This document shows positions 1-12,486 of a stretch of 39,040 nucleotides of DNA, piece by piece. Below the pieces are notes generated by a model. That model worked only from the letters and a program-made list of their open reading frames with translations, made no database searches and was not told the origin of the DNA. The position numbers were made by a program, and so were the translations under genes. The DNA is from Chiloscyllium plagiosum (taxonomy: Eukaryota). How positions within the stretch are numbered: position 1 is the stretch's first letter; every line of letters begins with the position of its first letter. Location of the stretch: the NCBI RefSeq assembly GCF_004010195.1, contig NC_057749.1, forward strand, positions 22,051,315 through 22,090,354, read 5' to 3'.

Positions 1-183
1 GAGTGAGTGTGTGTGTGTCTGTGTGTGCGTGTCTGTGTGTGTGTATATGTGAGTGAGTGTGTGTGCGTGTATATGTGTATGTGAGTGAGTGTGTGTGTGT
101 GTGTCTGTGTGTATGTGTATATGAGTGTGTGTCTATGCGTGTGTATGTGTGTGTATATGAGTGTGTGGCTGTGTGCGTGTGTG
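1..183. repeat. Degenerate (GT)n microsatellite
   Basis: Alternating GT with GA/AT/CT interruptions; abuts the 3' end of the Tx1-like element. Confidence 0.95.
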
Positions 184-404
184 TAGGACACAGTGAAGAA
201 ATAATGAGTGCAATACTTTTTATTTGTATTCAACCACCAGGGAGAAAAAGCACCTGAGTGGCTAGTGACAAGCTTCTCTTTAATAGCAATGTCAAAGTGA
301 AAACAAAAAGTGAAGGGGAGGGTCGGGATTCAGAGGGGGAAGTGAAACACTCCATACCCCTCGGTGCCCACTTCTCCCTGAAAACATCGGCGTGTATTGG
401 TAGA
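184..404 (-). mobile_element. Tx1-type (L1 clade) non-LTR retrotransposon 3' end: ORF2 C-terminus plus 3' UTR
   Basis: Minus strand reads ..ADVFREKWAPRGMECFTSPS.., matching the in-window remnant at 19560-19860 (..F*ES*VPWGIPCFISP..NSILI*) and, from recollection, Tx1 ORF2 C-termini; followed by AATAAA and then (CA)n. Confidence 0.65.
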
Positions 405-620
405 GGGATGTTGTTATCTTAAAACAGCTCATTTGTACTAGTTCCTGTATCTATTCTGTTAAGATTTCCAACAGAGTTACGTTATTCCAAATCCTTGTTT
501 CTTTTGTTGCGTTTTAATTATAATGGATGAATTATAGTTTGACCAATCAAGTTGCATCTGGAACACAACACCTTACATTTACCTTTAACGTAAAGACTCG
601 TGTGGGTCAACACTATCAAA
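405..620 (+). mobile_element. LTR fragment, same family as 28246-28680
   Basis: gggatgttgttatc..tgtatctattctgttaagatttccaacagagttacgttattccaaatc aligns by eye with gggatgttactata..tgtatctattattcggttaagttttccaatagttaagttattctaaattc at ~28589-28679. Confidence 0.55.
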
Positions 621-949
621 TCAATGATTATGAGTGTTGGGCAACAAAGGAAGCTATTTCACATTGCTTCGTTGTATTGCAGTAGGATTACCATCACCAG
701 GATACTCAGCAATGTCACTGCCTCACCACTCTGAGACGCAGGACTGTCTCCCTCAAAGATAGAGGAGGTTGAAAGGGATACATGGCCAACGATCCGGTAG
801 AAAATTGCAAACTGGGCAGAGAGTGAAGCACAAACATGAATACTTGGAAACCAGCAAAGATGTACAAGGATCTGAGGACCAAGGGAGCCGTGATCATGGC
901 CTGACCAGACAGGTTGACTATCAATTGTGCAAATCCTTCCAGCTGATTG

Positions 950-1240
950 TAGAATCCCTCCATGTGGAAGCCGGACATTCGGCCCATCAGGTCCACCCTG
1001 CCCCTCTGAAGAGCATCCTACTCAGATCCACCCCCTTTACCCTGTCCCTATAACCCTTCATTTCCCTTGCCCAATCCTCCCTAACCTATGCTTTTATAGA
1101 CTGTGGGAGGAAACTGGAGTACCCGAAGGAAACCCACACAGACACGAGGAGAATGTGCAAACACCACACAGACAGTCGCCCGAGAGTGGGGATCAAACCC
1201 GGGTCCCTGGTGCTGTGCGGTGTTAACCACCACACCATCC
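950..1240 (-). mobile_element. HE1 V-SINE (tRNA-derived)
   Basis: Reverse complement of the V-domain (tgtgggaggaaactggagtacccg..aacccacacagacac..gagaatgtgcaaac), box B and CR1-like tail. Confidence 0.88.
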
Positions 1241-1249
1241 TTGCAGTGG

Positions 1250-1450
1250 GAGCTTCAGACTTCACAATTGTCCATTGGGTCCTTTCAGCCTGTCTGGACG
1301 AGAGTGAGGGTGGGTGGGATACCTAACTGTGGCACTGTGGTACAGGGAACCACTCAAGAGGAGGGGGGAAGATGCAACGGAGAGGCAGTGGGGGGATCAG
1401 TACAATGTGGGGAATGTCACAGCTCTGTGCAGTAAACAGCATCAACCCAG
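1250..1450 (+). mobile_element. Possible decayed CR1 ORF1 (esterase region) remnant
   Basis: Frameshifted pieces VLSACLDESEG / GTVVQG..QEEGG / ALCSKQ resemble the run-up to and start of the CR1 ORF1 GDS esterase motif. Confidence 0.4.
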
Positions 1451-1480
1451 TGTCAGAGCTCAGAGATGGGAAGGAACTTT

Positions 1481-1757
1481 ATAGAGTCGCTACAGTGTGG
1501 AAAAAGGCCATTCAGCCCACTGAGTCTGCACTAACCTTTTGAAAGGCATCCCACCCAATTCCAACATGGCTAACACGCCCAGCCTGCACGCTGGGCAATT
1601 TAACATGGCTAACCTGCACACCTATGAACTGGGGCAGGAAACCAGAACATGTGAAGGAAACCCACAGGGAGAACATGCAAACCCCACGGGGGGGGCAATT
1701 GAAGCTGGATCCCTGACTCTATGAGGCAGCAGTGCTAACCACTGAGCTGCACAATCC
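1481..1757 (-). mobile_element. HE1 V-SINE, diverged
   Basis: gaggcagcagtgctaaccactgagc head, gggcaatttaacatggc and ggaaacccacagggagaacatgcaaac core. Confidence 0.8.
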
Positions 1758-1890
1758 CACCCTGAAGTGCACACATGAGTGCAGTTGATGACAGACAGTC
1801 AGGGTGGGGAGCATTGCTGGTTAGATGTGCAATGGAAGGAAAGTGGAACATCTGCCATCTTGATCCAGAGTCCCAGGCTGCGACGTGCTA

Positions 1891-3112
1891 GGTAATTCTT
1901 CGAGAAGGTGACCAAACAGGTGGATGAAAGTAAGGCGGTTGATGTGGTGTACATGGACTTCAGTAAGGCGTTTGATAAGGTTCCACACGGTAGGCTATTG
2001 CACAAAATGCGGTGTTTCGTGTTTGAAGGTGATGTAGCAGTTTGGATCAGAAATTGGCTAGCTGAAAGAAGACAGAGGGTGGTGGTTGATGGGAAATGTT
2101 CATCCTGGAGCTCACTTACCAGTGGGGTACCACAAGGATCTATTTTGGGGCCACTGCTGTTTGTCATTTTTATAATTGATCTGGATGTGGGCGTAGAAGG
2201 ATGGGTTAGTAAATTTGTGGATGACCCTATGGTAGGCAGAGTTGTGGATAGTGCCAAAGGATGTGGTGGGCTACAGAGGGACATAGATAAGATGCAGAGC
2301 TGGACTGAGAAGTGGCAAATGGAGTTTAATGTTGAAAAGTGTGAGGTAGTTCACTTCGGAAGAAGTGACAGGGATACAGAATACTGGGCTAACAGTAAAA
2401 TCTTTGGCAGTATAGATGAACAGAGAGATCTCAGTGTCCAGGTGCATAAATCTCTGAAAGTTGCCAACCCAAGCTGATAGGGTTGTTAAAAAGTCATATG
2501 GTGTGTTGGCGTTTATTGGTTAGAGGGATTGAGTTTTGGAGCCACGAGGTCATGCTTCAGCTGTACAAGACTCTTGTACGGCCGCACCTGGAGTATTGCG
2601 TACTGTTCTGGTCACCGCATTATAGGAAGGATGTGGAAGCTTTGGAAAGGGTTCAGAGGAGATTTACTGGGATGTTGCCTGGTGTGGAAGGAAGGTCTTA
2701 TGAGGAAAGGCTGAGGGACTTGAGACTGTTTCCGTTGGAGAGAAGGTTGAGAGGTGACTTAATTAAGATGTATAAGATAATCAGAGGGTTAGATAGGGTG
2801 GACAGTGAGAGCCTTTTTCCTCAGATGGTAAAGGCTAGCATGAGTAGGCATAGCTTTAAATTGAGGAGTGACAGGTATAGGACAGGTGTCAGGGGTAGTT
2901 TCTTTACTGAGAGAGTAATTGGGGCGTGGAACAATCTGCCTGCAACAGTAGTAGACTCGCCAACGTTAAGGGCAGTTAAACGGGCATTGGACATACACGT
3001 AGATAACAATGGAACGGTGTTGGTTAGATGGGCATCAGATTAATTTCACTGGTCGGCTCAACATGTCGGTGTTCCTGAACTGTGCTGTAACATTCTATGT
3101 TCTATGTTCTAT
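1891..3112 (+). mobile_element. CR1/HER1-type LINE, 5'-truncated, RT domain and 3' UTR, frameshifted
   Basis: ORFs 1908-2477 and 2483-3043: YMDFSKAFDKVPH, SGVPQGSILGP, FVDD (degenerate FADD), LVRPHLEYC; (TTCTATG)n tail at ~3093-3111. Confidence 0.95.
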
Positions 3113-3534
3113 AAGCTCTTGTAAAAGTCTCTGTTCCTCAGTTACCCGGTCTCCGGGGTGACCAGTTGGCTCAGTGGGGTGGAGGGCTGGCATTGACCAG
3201 ATTAGTGGCAGCAGCATGAGGGTTGGTGCCCCGTTATTGCTGGGTGTGTCTCTTTGCCCTATCCCTGGAGGAGAAGGTGCCAAAGTGTGTCAGACCCGCC
3301 CTCAGGAAGAGAACTCAGCAGAAGCTGCCGTTTAGTACACTCAATAAACGTTACAAATTTAAACAAGTGAGATAAAAAGCAAACCAGTCACAGCATCTAA
3401 TTCAAGAGTTTGCCTCAGTGGGATCTGATTTGACACAAGACAAATTAGGTCTTCAAATGATTCCTGAAGTGCTAAAACCCACAGTAATTAATGGCTTCGT
3501 GGTGGGAGAGTGCTGCTCAACAGCAGTAAACAGT

Positions 3535-3910
3535 TCCACACACTCTCATTCACACATAGACACACAGACACATACAGACACACAGACTACACAGAGACAC
3601 AGACACACTCACATGTACAAATACACACACACACACACATCCAGACACACACCCATACACACACATACACACACAAATAACACACAGGCAAACACACACA
3701 GACATACATGCATATAGACATGCAGACATATAGACACAGATGCATACACACACACACACACACTGACACACACACACACACGTGCATGCACGCACACTCA
3801 CGCACACACGCACACACACACACACATGCACACGGACACACACACGCACACTCACACACACACGCACACTCACAGATACACACGCACACACATGCACACA
3901 GCCATACACG
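3535..3910. repeat. Degenerate (AC)n tract
   Basis: Alternating AC with interruptions. Confidence 0.95.
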
Positions 3911-5027
3911 GATGAACATGCAAGCGGAAAAGAATGGCAGACAATGCAGATCTCAATGTAACAAGATGTTAGTGACTTTAGTTTGCATGTCAGAGGATTT
4001 AAACGGCTGGACCTGGTTCTTGGCAATGAACTCTGAGAGGGTTCTGGAATGTTATATTATGGCCAGCACTGAATGGAGCAGCTGATCCTCCTGAATTGAT
4101 ATTATGAATAAAATATTGTTTGGAGGAGGAAAACCAGACTAAAGCATCGAGTGTTGGCCCACAGTTACCCGTGAGTTTAAAGTCTATAATCTAATTGATT
4201 GGACTATTATTTGAAGGGAACCTTTCGAAGTGGCATTTCCCAGTGCAATCCTTCATTGTGAAAGCTTTAGCTTTGCAAATCAGTGCTCTAGCCAGGATTA
4301 TCTTCTTGATTCACAATAGATTGAAAGTACAGACCTCTGAATCATTATTTCCTTCGAAAATTGAAACAAAATCTAAACAAATACTGTTTCCAACGCATTC
4401 CAGAGGGCTAAATGAAGAAGATGAGACTATGTCAATATTTAATGAGATTTTCACCCAAACTGAATGAAGCAGGTTCACTCATGTTCACAGGCCTCTTAAT
4501 TCCTATCTGTTAATGAAGGAAGGAGCTGTATAAATCTGCAAAATGGTTTAAAGACAAGTGCACTGCTGTTCCCTGTTGTTAGTCTTCAGACTGGCTTGTT
4601 TCGTTTGGTGATAAACCAATGTGGAATTAGTAAAATGTCAGCTATAGATGGCAGTTGAAATATGTAAAACATTGCATTTTGTACCATTAAAGCCAAATAC
4701 TCAGACTAAGAGCCAGCATGATGCCAATTAACATAGTACATGCAAACACACAACACCCTGCCGTCCCTGATTAAAGTGCATCTTCCCACTGTAATTTACC
4801 TCATGCCAAACTGTGTCATTCAGCACACATATGCAAGGCTTTCATTAACCCGAACCTAAATTACTGGGACATTCATCAGCGGCCTGTCACTGTGCGTTAT
4901 CTTTACAAATGAGTCCCTCACTCCGGAAGAATTGGAGCTCCTTACTGGGACACGGTCTATTTAAAGAGGAGATGTGACCACCACAGTCACATCGAGAAAT
5001 TAAACAGTTAAACAGCGACTCAATTGA

Positions 5028-5166
5028 GTAAAACTAGGGGGCATGCATTTAAAGGGAGAAGGGGGCAAGTTTAAAGGAGATGAGATGGAACAGGTATTTT
5101 ACACTGCCAGGGTGGCAATAGAGGCAGATACAATAGGGGCGTTGAAGAGACTTTGAGATCCATGGA
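5028..5166 (+). mobile_element. CR1 ORF2 3' fragment
   Basis: aaactagggggcatgcatttaaag..gtttaaaggagatg (TRGHxFK motif). Confidence 0.7.
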
Positions 5167-5285
5167 CTCAATTTACATGGCTCGCTGCCATAAAATTAAT
5201 CTGATGCCCATCTAACCGGGTTTGAGAGGGCTGGGCTGAGTGGGAGAGTTAAAGTTATGAAAGGTCTCCCAACTCTCTTGTCCAT

Positions 5286-5586
5286 GGGTGGCACGGTGGC
5301 ACAGTGGTTAGCACTGCTGCCTCACAGTGCCAGAGACCCGGGTTCAATTCCCGCCTCAGGCTGGAATTGTGGAGTTTGCACATTCTCCCAGTGTGCTCCG
5401 GGTGCTCCAGTTTCCTCCCACAGTCCAAAAATGTGCAGGTCAGGTGAATTGGCCATGCTAAATTGCCCGTAGTGTTAGGTGAAGGGGGAAATGTAGGGGT
5501 ATGAGTCTGGGTGGGTTGCGCTTCGGCGGGTCAGTGTGAACTTGTTGGGCCGAAGAGCCTGTTTCCACACTGTAAGTAATCTAATC
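5286..5586 (+). mobile_element. HE1 V-SINE
   Basis: Box A ggtggcacagtggttag, box B gggttcaattccc, V-domain, CR1-like 3' end and TAATC tail. Confidence 0.93.
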
Positions 5587-6159
5587 ACCAGCTCAGCACT
5601 TACCACCCCATGAAATGACAGCAAGAGGCAATGTGATGGGGCACTTGTGTGGCCATTAATTGATTACATTGTGCCTCATGAGGTTAGGGGAAAGTGGGGA
5701 GGCAGTGAGGATACCACACCTTAAATGAGCCACTGGAGGGCAAACCTGTTGTTGGGGGGGGGGGGTGTGAGAATCCAAACCAAAGAGACCAGTTAGATCA
5801 TCCATCAGCCTTTAACACACAGGCAAATACAAGGCCAGATTAGACAACCTGGTGACATGGTCCTTCTCATCTCAACGTCCCCCTGTATCATCCTGGTGAA
5901 TCAGATTGTGATGGTGGCAAATCGCTCAGGGAGAACTCAGTGCTGGCTTTGAAGAAGCGAGATTCTCGGTACCAGACCTCCGCTGGAATCAGGGAAAGCG
6001 GTTCTATTTCTGAGATTGATCTTCAATGCTCCCAAAGGGGAGGACAGGCCTGGCCGGTATCTAACCAGAGAATAGTAATTTGCGGGACTCTGGGCAGAGA
6101 ATAGAGGAGAGTCATTGGCTCTGCTAAGCCCAGGTCAAATGTTCCTGGACAATTATTGA

Positions 6160-6292
6160 AAAATAAATCATTCCTTAGGATGTGAGTGGGGCTGACAAAG
6201 ACTCAGGAACCACTACTTCCCATGTGCTTTTCGGAAGGAAGTTCCAGGATTTTGTTCCAGTGACAGGGAAGAAATGGCGATATAATTCCAAG
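6160..6292 (-). mobile_element. LINE 3' fragment (family of 21318-23400); more of it at ~7760-7860
   Basis: ggaagttccaggattttgttccagtgacagggaagaaatggcgatataattccaag matches ~21460-21515; ttgagtgttgctggagctgcaccc at ~7770 matches ~21746. Confidence 0.6.
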
Positions 6293-6436
6293 CAGCATTC
6301 CTACTAATACCATTTTCTTCTGTATGGATCTTTGGGGTCCAACATTTGCAATTGGAAGTCAGTGCTGTGAAGGGAGTTGACTGCATTGGTTGGGCAGTGC
6401 CTAGAGTGCCAACAAGGATAAACGTTATCGCCAACA

Positions 6437-6746
6437 GGTGGCACGGTGGCTCAGTGGTTAGCACTGCTGCCTCACAGCGCCAGGGACCCAGGTTCGATTC
6501 CAGCCTCGGGCAACTGATTGTGTGGAGTTTGCACATTCTCCCCGTGCCTGCGTGGGTTTCCTCCGGGTGCTCCGGTTTCCTCCCACAGTCCAAAGATGTG
6601 CAGGTCAGGGTGAATTGGCCATGCTAAATTGCCCGTAGTGTTAGGTGTAGGGGAAAGGGTCTGGGTGGATTGCTCTTCGGAGGGTCGGTGTGGACTTGTT
6701 GGGCCGAAGGGCGTGTTTCCACACTGCAAGTAGTCGAAATCTAATC
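6437..6746 (+). mobile_element. HE1 V-SINE inserted in the Gypsy integrase
   Basis: Full box A / box B / V-domain / tail. Confidence 0.95.
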
Positions 6747-7254
6747 AAACCGATCCCCACGTTCATGGGCATGGCTGAGTAAACCCTGGAATCATTTTCA
6801 CAGCGACTGTGCTGGTGCTTCCATAGGTTCAATGTCATTGTGGACGCCTATTCAAAGTGGCTGGGCGTGCACAGAGTTCATCCGTTAAACACGGGGACAA
6901 TGATAGAAAAACTTTTGCAGTACGTGGACTCCCGGAAGTGTTCGTCACAGATAACGGGCCATCGTTTACCAGCAAGGAATTTGAGTATTTCCTAAAGTCA
7001 GGTCCAATGATGTTTAAAGTTCGGGCTGGTGTGACAGTCCTCAACAAGCATGTGGACCATATGAAAGCTGCAAACTTGCAAGTGGTGTGTCAGCAATGCG
7101 TGCCCGGCTCTCCAGAACAGGCTGTCGGAACCTGTCGGGTTCTCCCTGTCCATCAAGCATTGAAGAGAGCTTGGAATCCGAGGTGGGCACGGCCAATCTC
7201 ACCACATCGACACCTTCACCACCGGAAGAAGAGAATGACTTTCTCTGGAGATTC

Positions 7255-7372
7255 GAGAGAAAGTGAGGTCTGCAGATGCTGCAGATCAGAGCTGAAAATG
7301 TGTTGCTGGAAAAGCGCAGCAGGTCAGGCAGCATCCAAGGAACAGGAGAATCGACGTTTCGGGCATAAGCCC
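7255..7372 (-). mobile_element. Penelope-derived mini-element, hammerhead core truncated
   Basis: Sense reads ..gaa-gggc-ttat-gccc-gaaacgtc-gattctcc..cagcatctgcagacctcactttctc; 14-bp TSD ttctctggagattc at 7241-7254 and 7373-7386. Confidence 0.88.
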
Positions 7373-7533
7373 TTCTCTGGAGATTCTCCAGGTGCAAGAG
7401 GAGGCCCCCTGTGCGTTACATACTGTCCGAATCTGACGCAGACTCAGAGGACCCAGACCCAGTGCTAAAACACCCCAGGAGACACTACTAGAGAAAGGGC
7501 CAGCCTGTGTCCTCAGACGCAGAGGGGGAGGAA

Positions 7534-7759
7534 TGTAGTGATTGTAATCAGGTGGACCTCATAGAATATGAGTTCCCTGACTGGGGCTGTTAATCTGATC
7601 TGATCAGGGAGCCCTGGCTGACAGATATAAACAAGAACGTTAGGGTTCTGTTCACTCTGAGAGCTGGCTCTGAGGGAGCTGGATCAGTGTCAAGGACTCC
7701 CCATGTGTTAATAAAGGGGAACTTGGTGACGGGATACTGACCTCTGTGGAGTTATTTCA
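7534..7759 (+). mobile_element. Gypsy 3' LTR (226 bp)
   Basis: TG...CA termini directly after the PPT; TATAAA-like gatataaa and AATAAA inside; related copy at 26714-27054. Confidence 0.9.
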
Positions 7760-8039
7760 TCAAGTTTGTTGAGTGTTGCTGGAGCTGCACCCATCTGGCT
7801 ATCTGGGGAATATTCCCTCCCACTCCAAACTTGTGCCTTTAGATGGGGCACCAGACTCTAGGAGTGAAGGTGTCTTCAGTCTAGGTTCCAGTTATATTGT
7901 CAGCACTCAATGTCACACAAAATTATATTTTCATAATCATCATCGGCTTTAATTGGAAGAGGAAGGTGTATGTCCAGTGTGATTCACTTTCTGTGTTCAG
8001 ATGGTACAGATTATTTCAAGTTCCATTGTACATTCATCT

Positions 8040-9108
8040 CCTCTGTGTGTGTGTGTGTGTGCACGTCTGTCTCATTTTGTAAGACTGTATTTTTGTGTCT
8101 ATGTAAGACTGTGTGTGTTTGTCTGTGTGTGTGAGAGACTGTGTTTATCAGTGTGGTTTGTATGCCTGTGTGTTTGACTCAGTGTATGTGTCTGTGTCAT
8201 TGTAAGAGACTGTTTTGTGAGTCTGTGTGTGTGTTTGTTTGTATGTGTGTGAGTACCTCTCTCTATATGTGTGCATGACTGTATGCATGTGTACAATTGT
8301 TGTGTGTGTGTGTGTGCATGTGTGTAAGCCTGTGTGTGTCTGTATGTGTGTATGTGTGTGTGTGAGTCTTTGTGTGTGTGTCTGTCTGTGTGCATGTGTA
8401 CATCTGTGTGCATGTATGAGCCTTTGTCTGTGTGTCTATGTGTGTGTCTGGGTGTGCGTGTCTGAGAGACTATGCATGTGCCCGTATATGTGTGTGATGG
8501 ATTGTGCATGTCTGTGTCTGTGTGTGGGCATGTGATACTGTGCTTGTCTGTGTGAGGGACTGAATATCTGTGTCCATGTGTGCATGAGAGAGACTCTATG
8601 TTTGTGTGTGTCTGTGTGTGTGAGACTGTGTGTTTGTGTATATGTGTGTGTGCGAGAGACTGAATGTGTAAATGTGAGATTGTGTGTGTGCGAGAGCCTG
8701 TGTGCACGAGAGCCTGTATGTGTGTGTGTTAGACAGACTGTATGTATGTGTGAAACTGTATGTGAGCCTCTGTGTGTGTGAGAGAGAAGCTGCATATGTG
8801 TATGTGAAACTTTGTGTGTGTATGTGTGTGAGTGTGTGTGTGTGTGTGTGAGAAACTGTGTGCATGTATGTGTGTGTGAGAGAGACTACGTGTGCCTCTA
8901 TGAGCTTGTGTACATGTGTGCATGTATGTGTGTTTCTTTATGTGTCTGAGACTGTATGTTTGTGTATGTGTGTGAGTCTGTGTGTGTGTGAGAGAGAGAC
9001 TGCCTGTGTGTGCCTTTATGTGCATGCATGTGTGCCTGTGATTGTGTATGTGATAGAGACTTTATGTGTGCATGTGAGACTGTGTGCGTGTGTGCGTGCG
9101 CATGTGTG
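8040..9108. repeat. ~1.07 kb degenerate (GT)n tract with recurring GAGACT motif
   Basis: Direct inspection. Confidence 0.95.
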
Positions 9109-10280
9109 GGCACTGGCATTGAACTGAGCACATGAATAAGAAAACCACCAAAGCAGTCTTCCACTGCCACAAGCCCTTGCTGCCATCTCTATCCCAACAG
9201 GGTATGAAGGGATTTCGCAGTACAGTGGAATTGCTGGATAATAACCACCTCCGGGACTCTTCTCAATGTACTCGTTAATGCACGTTTGAGTCTGGATTAT
9301 GGTCAGATAACCGGCATTATCATCGGACAGTCGCAATAAACTGGAAGTTGCCAGCTTTTCGCCACAGCCAAAGCAAATTAACATCATCTCTTTTGATATA
9401 CACCTGCAGTTTTATCATCAGTGAGTGTCAGCCTGGGATTCAGTCAGAGCTGCTTTGAGCAGCACATCTCCTTGCAGGATGCTGTCTGTAGACTTGCACA
9501 GTTCAGTGAATCTCCAAAGACATTTGCAGTTCTATCAGAGCCGAATACACCCAGATGAAGAAAAGGATGTGATTTTTCAAGCATTAAGTCATTTTTCACA
9601 TTTTTAGAGCAACAGGATTGTGCAAAACACATGCAGATGACTCGGGGATCCGCAAGGAATTTGAGAAATGAAACGTATCCCAAAAGAGCCTCACAATAGT
9701 CCCTGTAAATAAGGGGAGCTCTTTCCATTTGCCAACCACCTCCCTCACAACATAATGTTGTCTCCCTGGAATTGAAGTGATTGATTTCCATTGTCTGTGC
9801 TCTGAAAAAGCAGGTTTTGTTTAAGTTCATAAGGATTGCAGTCAAGTCGCATGCAGGCCAATATGACACCAGCAATCTCCTGCCAAACTACTAATAGAAA
9901 CAAATTATACAGGCCACATCCTCAAGACAAAATGTTTGGCAGGTTACTTTCTTTTATCGCCTTCTTCTCTATTTCTTTGCAAGAATAAGGCAAGGATGGA
10001 AATTGTTCTGAAATAATTATTAGGATAAAAATGCTGCTTCTTCTCCATATTACATGGGAAAGATGTGATAAAAGAAACCCCTTTCAACCAGTACATGCCG
10101 CAGCCCATGTACTCTATAGCAATTCCTTAAGTTCCCCAACATCTCGATAGAATCATACCATGCAGAAGAGGCATTTTGGGCCATTAGGTCTGTATTATCC
10201 GAACAAACCTACTTTCCGTACTATCCAAACATGCAGCTCTGCTGTCAGTCAAACGGGATGCGTATTTTGAAATTGCCCCT

Positions 10281-12188
10281 TAGAAGATAGAACATAGAAC
10301 AGTACAGCACAGAACAGGCCCTACAGCCCACGATGTTGTGCTGACCATTGATCCTCATGTGAGGTAAACCTAATGTACGAACCCTCAAATTTCTGTGACC
10401 ATATGCATGTCCAGCAGTCTCTTAAATATCCCCAATGACCTCGCTTCCACAACTGCTGCTGGCAACGCATTCCATGCTCTCTCAACTCTCTGCGTAAAGA
10501 ACCCGCCTCTGACATCCCCTCTATACTTTCCGCCAAACAGCTTAAAACTATGACCCCTTCGTGTTAACAATTTCTGCCCTGGGAAAAAGTCTCTGGCTAT
10601 CAACTCTATCTATGCCTCTCATTATCTTGTACACCTCAATTAGGCCCCCTCCAATGAAAAAAGCCCGAGCTCGGTCAACCGCTCTTCGTAAGATAAGCCC
10701 TCCAGTCCAGGCAGCATCCTGGTAAACCTCCTCTGAACTCTCTCCAAAGCATCCACATCTTTCCTATAATAGGGCGACCAGAACTGGACGCAGTATTCCA
10801 AATGCGGTCTAACCAAAGTTTTATAGAGCTGCAACAAGATCTCACGACTCTTAAACTCAATCCCCCTGTTAATGAAAGTCAAAACACCATATGCTTTCTT
10901 AACAACCCTGTCCACTTGGGTGGCAATATTAAGGGATCTATGTACTTGCACACCAAGATCCCTCTGTTCCTCCACACTGCCAAGAATCCTGTCCTTAATC
11001 CTGTACTCAACTTTCAAGTTTGACCTTCCAAAATGCATCACCTCGCATTTATCCAGGTTGAACTCCATCTGCCACCTCTCAGCCCATCTCTGCATCCTGT
11101 CAATGTCCCGCTGCAGCCTACAACAGTCCTCTATACTGTCAACGACACCTCCAACCTTTGTGTCATCTGCAAACCTGCTAACCCATCCTTCAATCTCCTC
11201 ATCCAAGTCATTAATAAAAATTACAAAGCGTAGAGGCCCAAGGACTGAGCCCTGTGGAACACCACTCACCACTGACTTCCAGACAGAATACTTTCCTTCT
11301 ACTGCTACTCGCTGTCTTCTGTCGACCAGCCAATTCTGTATCCAGACAGCTATGTTCCCCTGTATTCCATTCCTCCTGACCTTCTGAATGAGCCTACCAT
11401 GGGGAAACTTACCAAATGCTGTACTGAAGTCCACATACACAACATCCACTGCTCGACACTCATCAACTTGTCTAGTCACATCCTCAAAGAACTCGATAAG
11501 GTTTGTGAGGCATGATCTGCCCCTCACAAAGCCGTGCTGACTGCATTTAATCAGGCCATGCTCTTCCAGATGGTCATAAATCCTATCCCTCACAATCCCT
11601 TCTAACACCTTGCAGACAACAGACGTGAGACTGACTGGTCTGTAATTGCCGGGGATTTCCCTATTTCCTTTCTTGAAGAGCGGAATTACATTTGCCTCCC
11701 TCCAGTCATCAGGTACGATTCCGGTGGAGAGCGAGGATGCAAAGATCTTCGCAATTGGCGAAGCAATCGCATTTCTCGCTTCCCAAAGCAACCGAGGACA
11801 AATCTGGTCTGGCCCTGGCGACTTGTCAATCTTAATGTTTGTCAAAATTTTCAACACCATCTTCCTCAATCTCTATCTGTTCCAGCGTGCTTACCTGCTC
11901 CTCAATGGTTTCATTCACTACAAGGTCCTTTTCTTCAGTAAAGACAGAAGCAAAAAACTCATTTAGGGCTTCCCCTACCTCCTCAGACTCTATACACAAG
12001 TTCCCTATGCTATCCCTGATCGGCCCTACTCTTTCTTTGATCATTCTCTTATTGCTCACATACTTGTAAAATGCCTTTGGATTCTCCCTAATCCGTTCTG
12101 CCAAGCCTTTCTCATGCCCCCTCCTGGCTCTCCTCAGACCATTTTTGAGCTCCTTCCTCGCCTGCCTGTAATCCTCTAGAGCTGAGCA
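10281..12188 (-). mobile_element. CR1/HER1-type LINE, 5'-truncated, relatively young
   Basis: 409-aa ORF 10640-11869 with KSPGPD, NYRPVSLTS, SGVPQGSVLGP, FADD, LVRPHLEYC; frameshifted continuations on both sides; (ATAGAAC)n tail. Confidence 0.96.
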
Positions 12189-12300
12189 TCTATAGAGGAG
12201 CTGCTGCTACCATTGTGGCGATGTTTGCGGCGCTGCTAATTTAGCAGGCCCGCATGATTGCTCAGGGGAATGTGAGTTCAAATCCCACTGTCGCAGCTGA

Positions 12301-12394
12301 TTGAGGATGATCAGCCATGATCATAATGAATGGTGGTGCAGGCTCGAAGGGCAGAATGGCCTACCCCTGCACCTATTGTCTATTGTCTATTGAG
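12301..12394 (+). mobile_element. CR1 3'-terminal fragment
   Basis: gatcagccatgat..ggctcgaagggcagaatggcctac and a (CTATTGT)n tail. Confidence 0.8.
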
Positions 12395-12486
12395 TTGAAG
12401 TTTGGTCAGTAAATTCAACCGGGTAATTAACTTTTAAAAATGTGGAAATGAAAACTCGCGCTGATGAAGATACAAGTGTAGGGAAG

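Larger units (their letters stand above)
6380..7533 (+). mobile_element. Gypsy/Ty3 LTR retrotransposon internal remnant: integrase and polypurine tract
   Basis: Pieces read VGQCLECQQ (Zn-finger CxxC), WAWLSKPW, IVDAYSKW, GLPEVFVTDNGPSFTSKEF, KHVDHMK; PPT agagggggaggaa at 7521-7533. Internally deleted and interrupted by HE1 and a hammerhead mini-element. Confidence 0.9.

Noticed and set aside
5286..5360. tRNA genes at SINE heads (also 19070-19160, 28963-29075)
   Set aside because: Box A and B present but no full cloverleaf could be supported; continuous with SINE bodies.
8099..9170. Long His/Thr- and Cys/Val-rich ORFs (also 57-257, 3418-4085, 25537-25776)
   Set aside because: Translation artefacts of GT/AC microsatellites.
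9016..9387. ORF beginning CFGCGEK, reminiscent of a LIM/zinc-finger start
   Set aside because: Remaining metal ligands are not at LIM spacing, the acceptor context is poor, and the ORF runs into an AC repeat.
10640..11869. 409-aa RT ORF as an active or domesticated gene
   Set aside because: 5'-truncated CR1 lacking endonuclease and ORF1, with frameshifts on both sides; a young dead copy.
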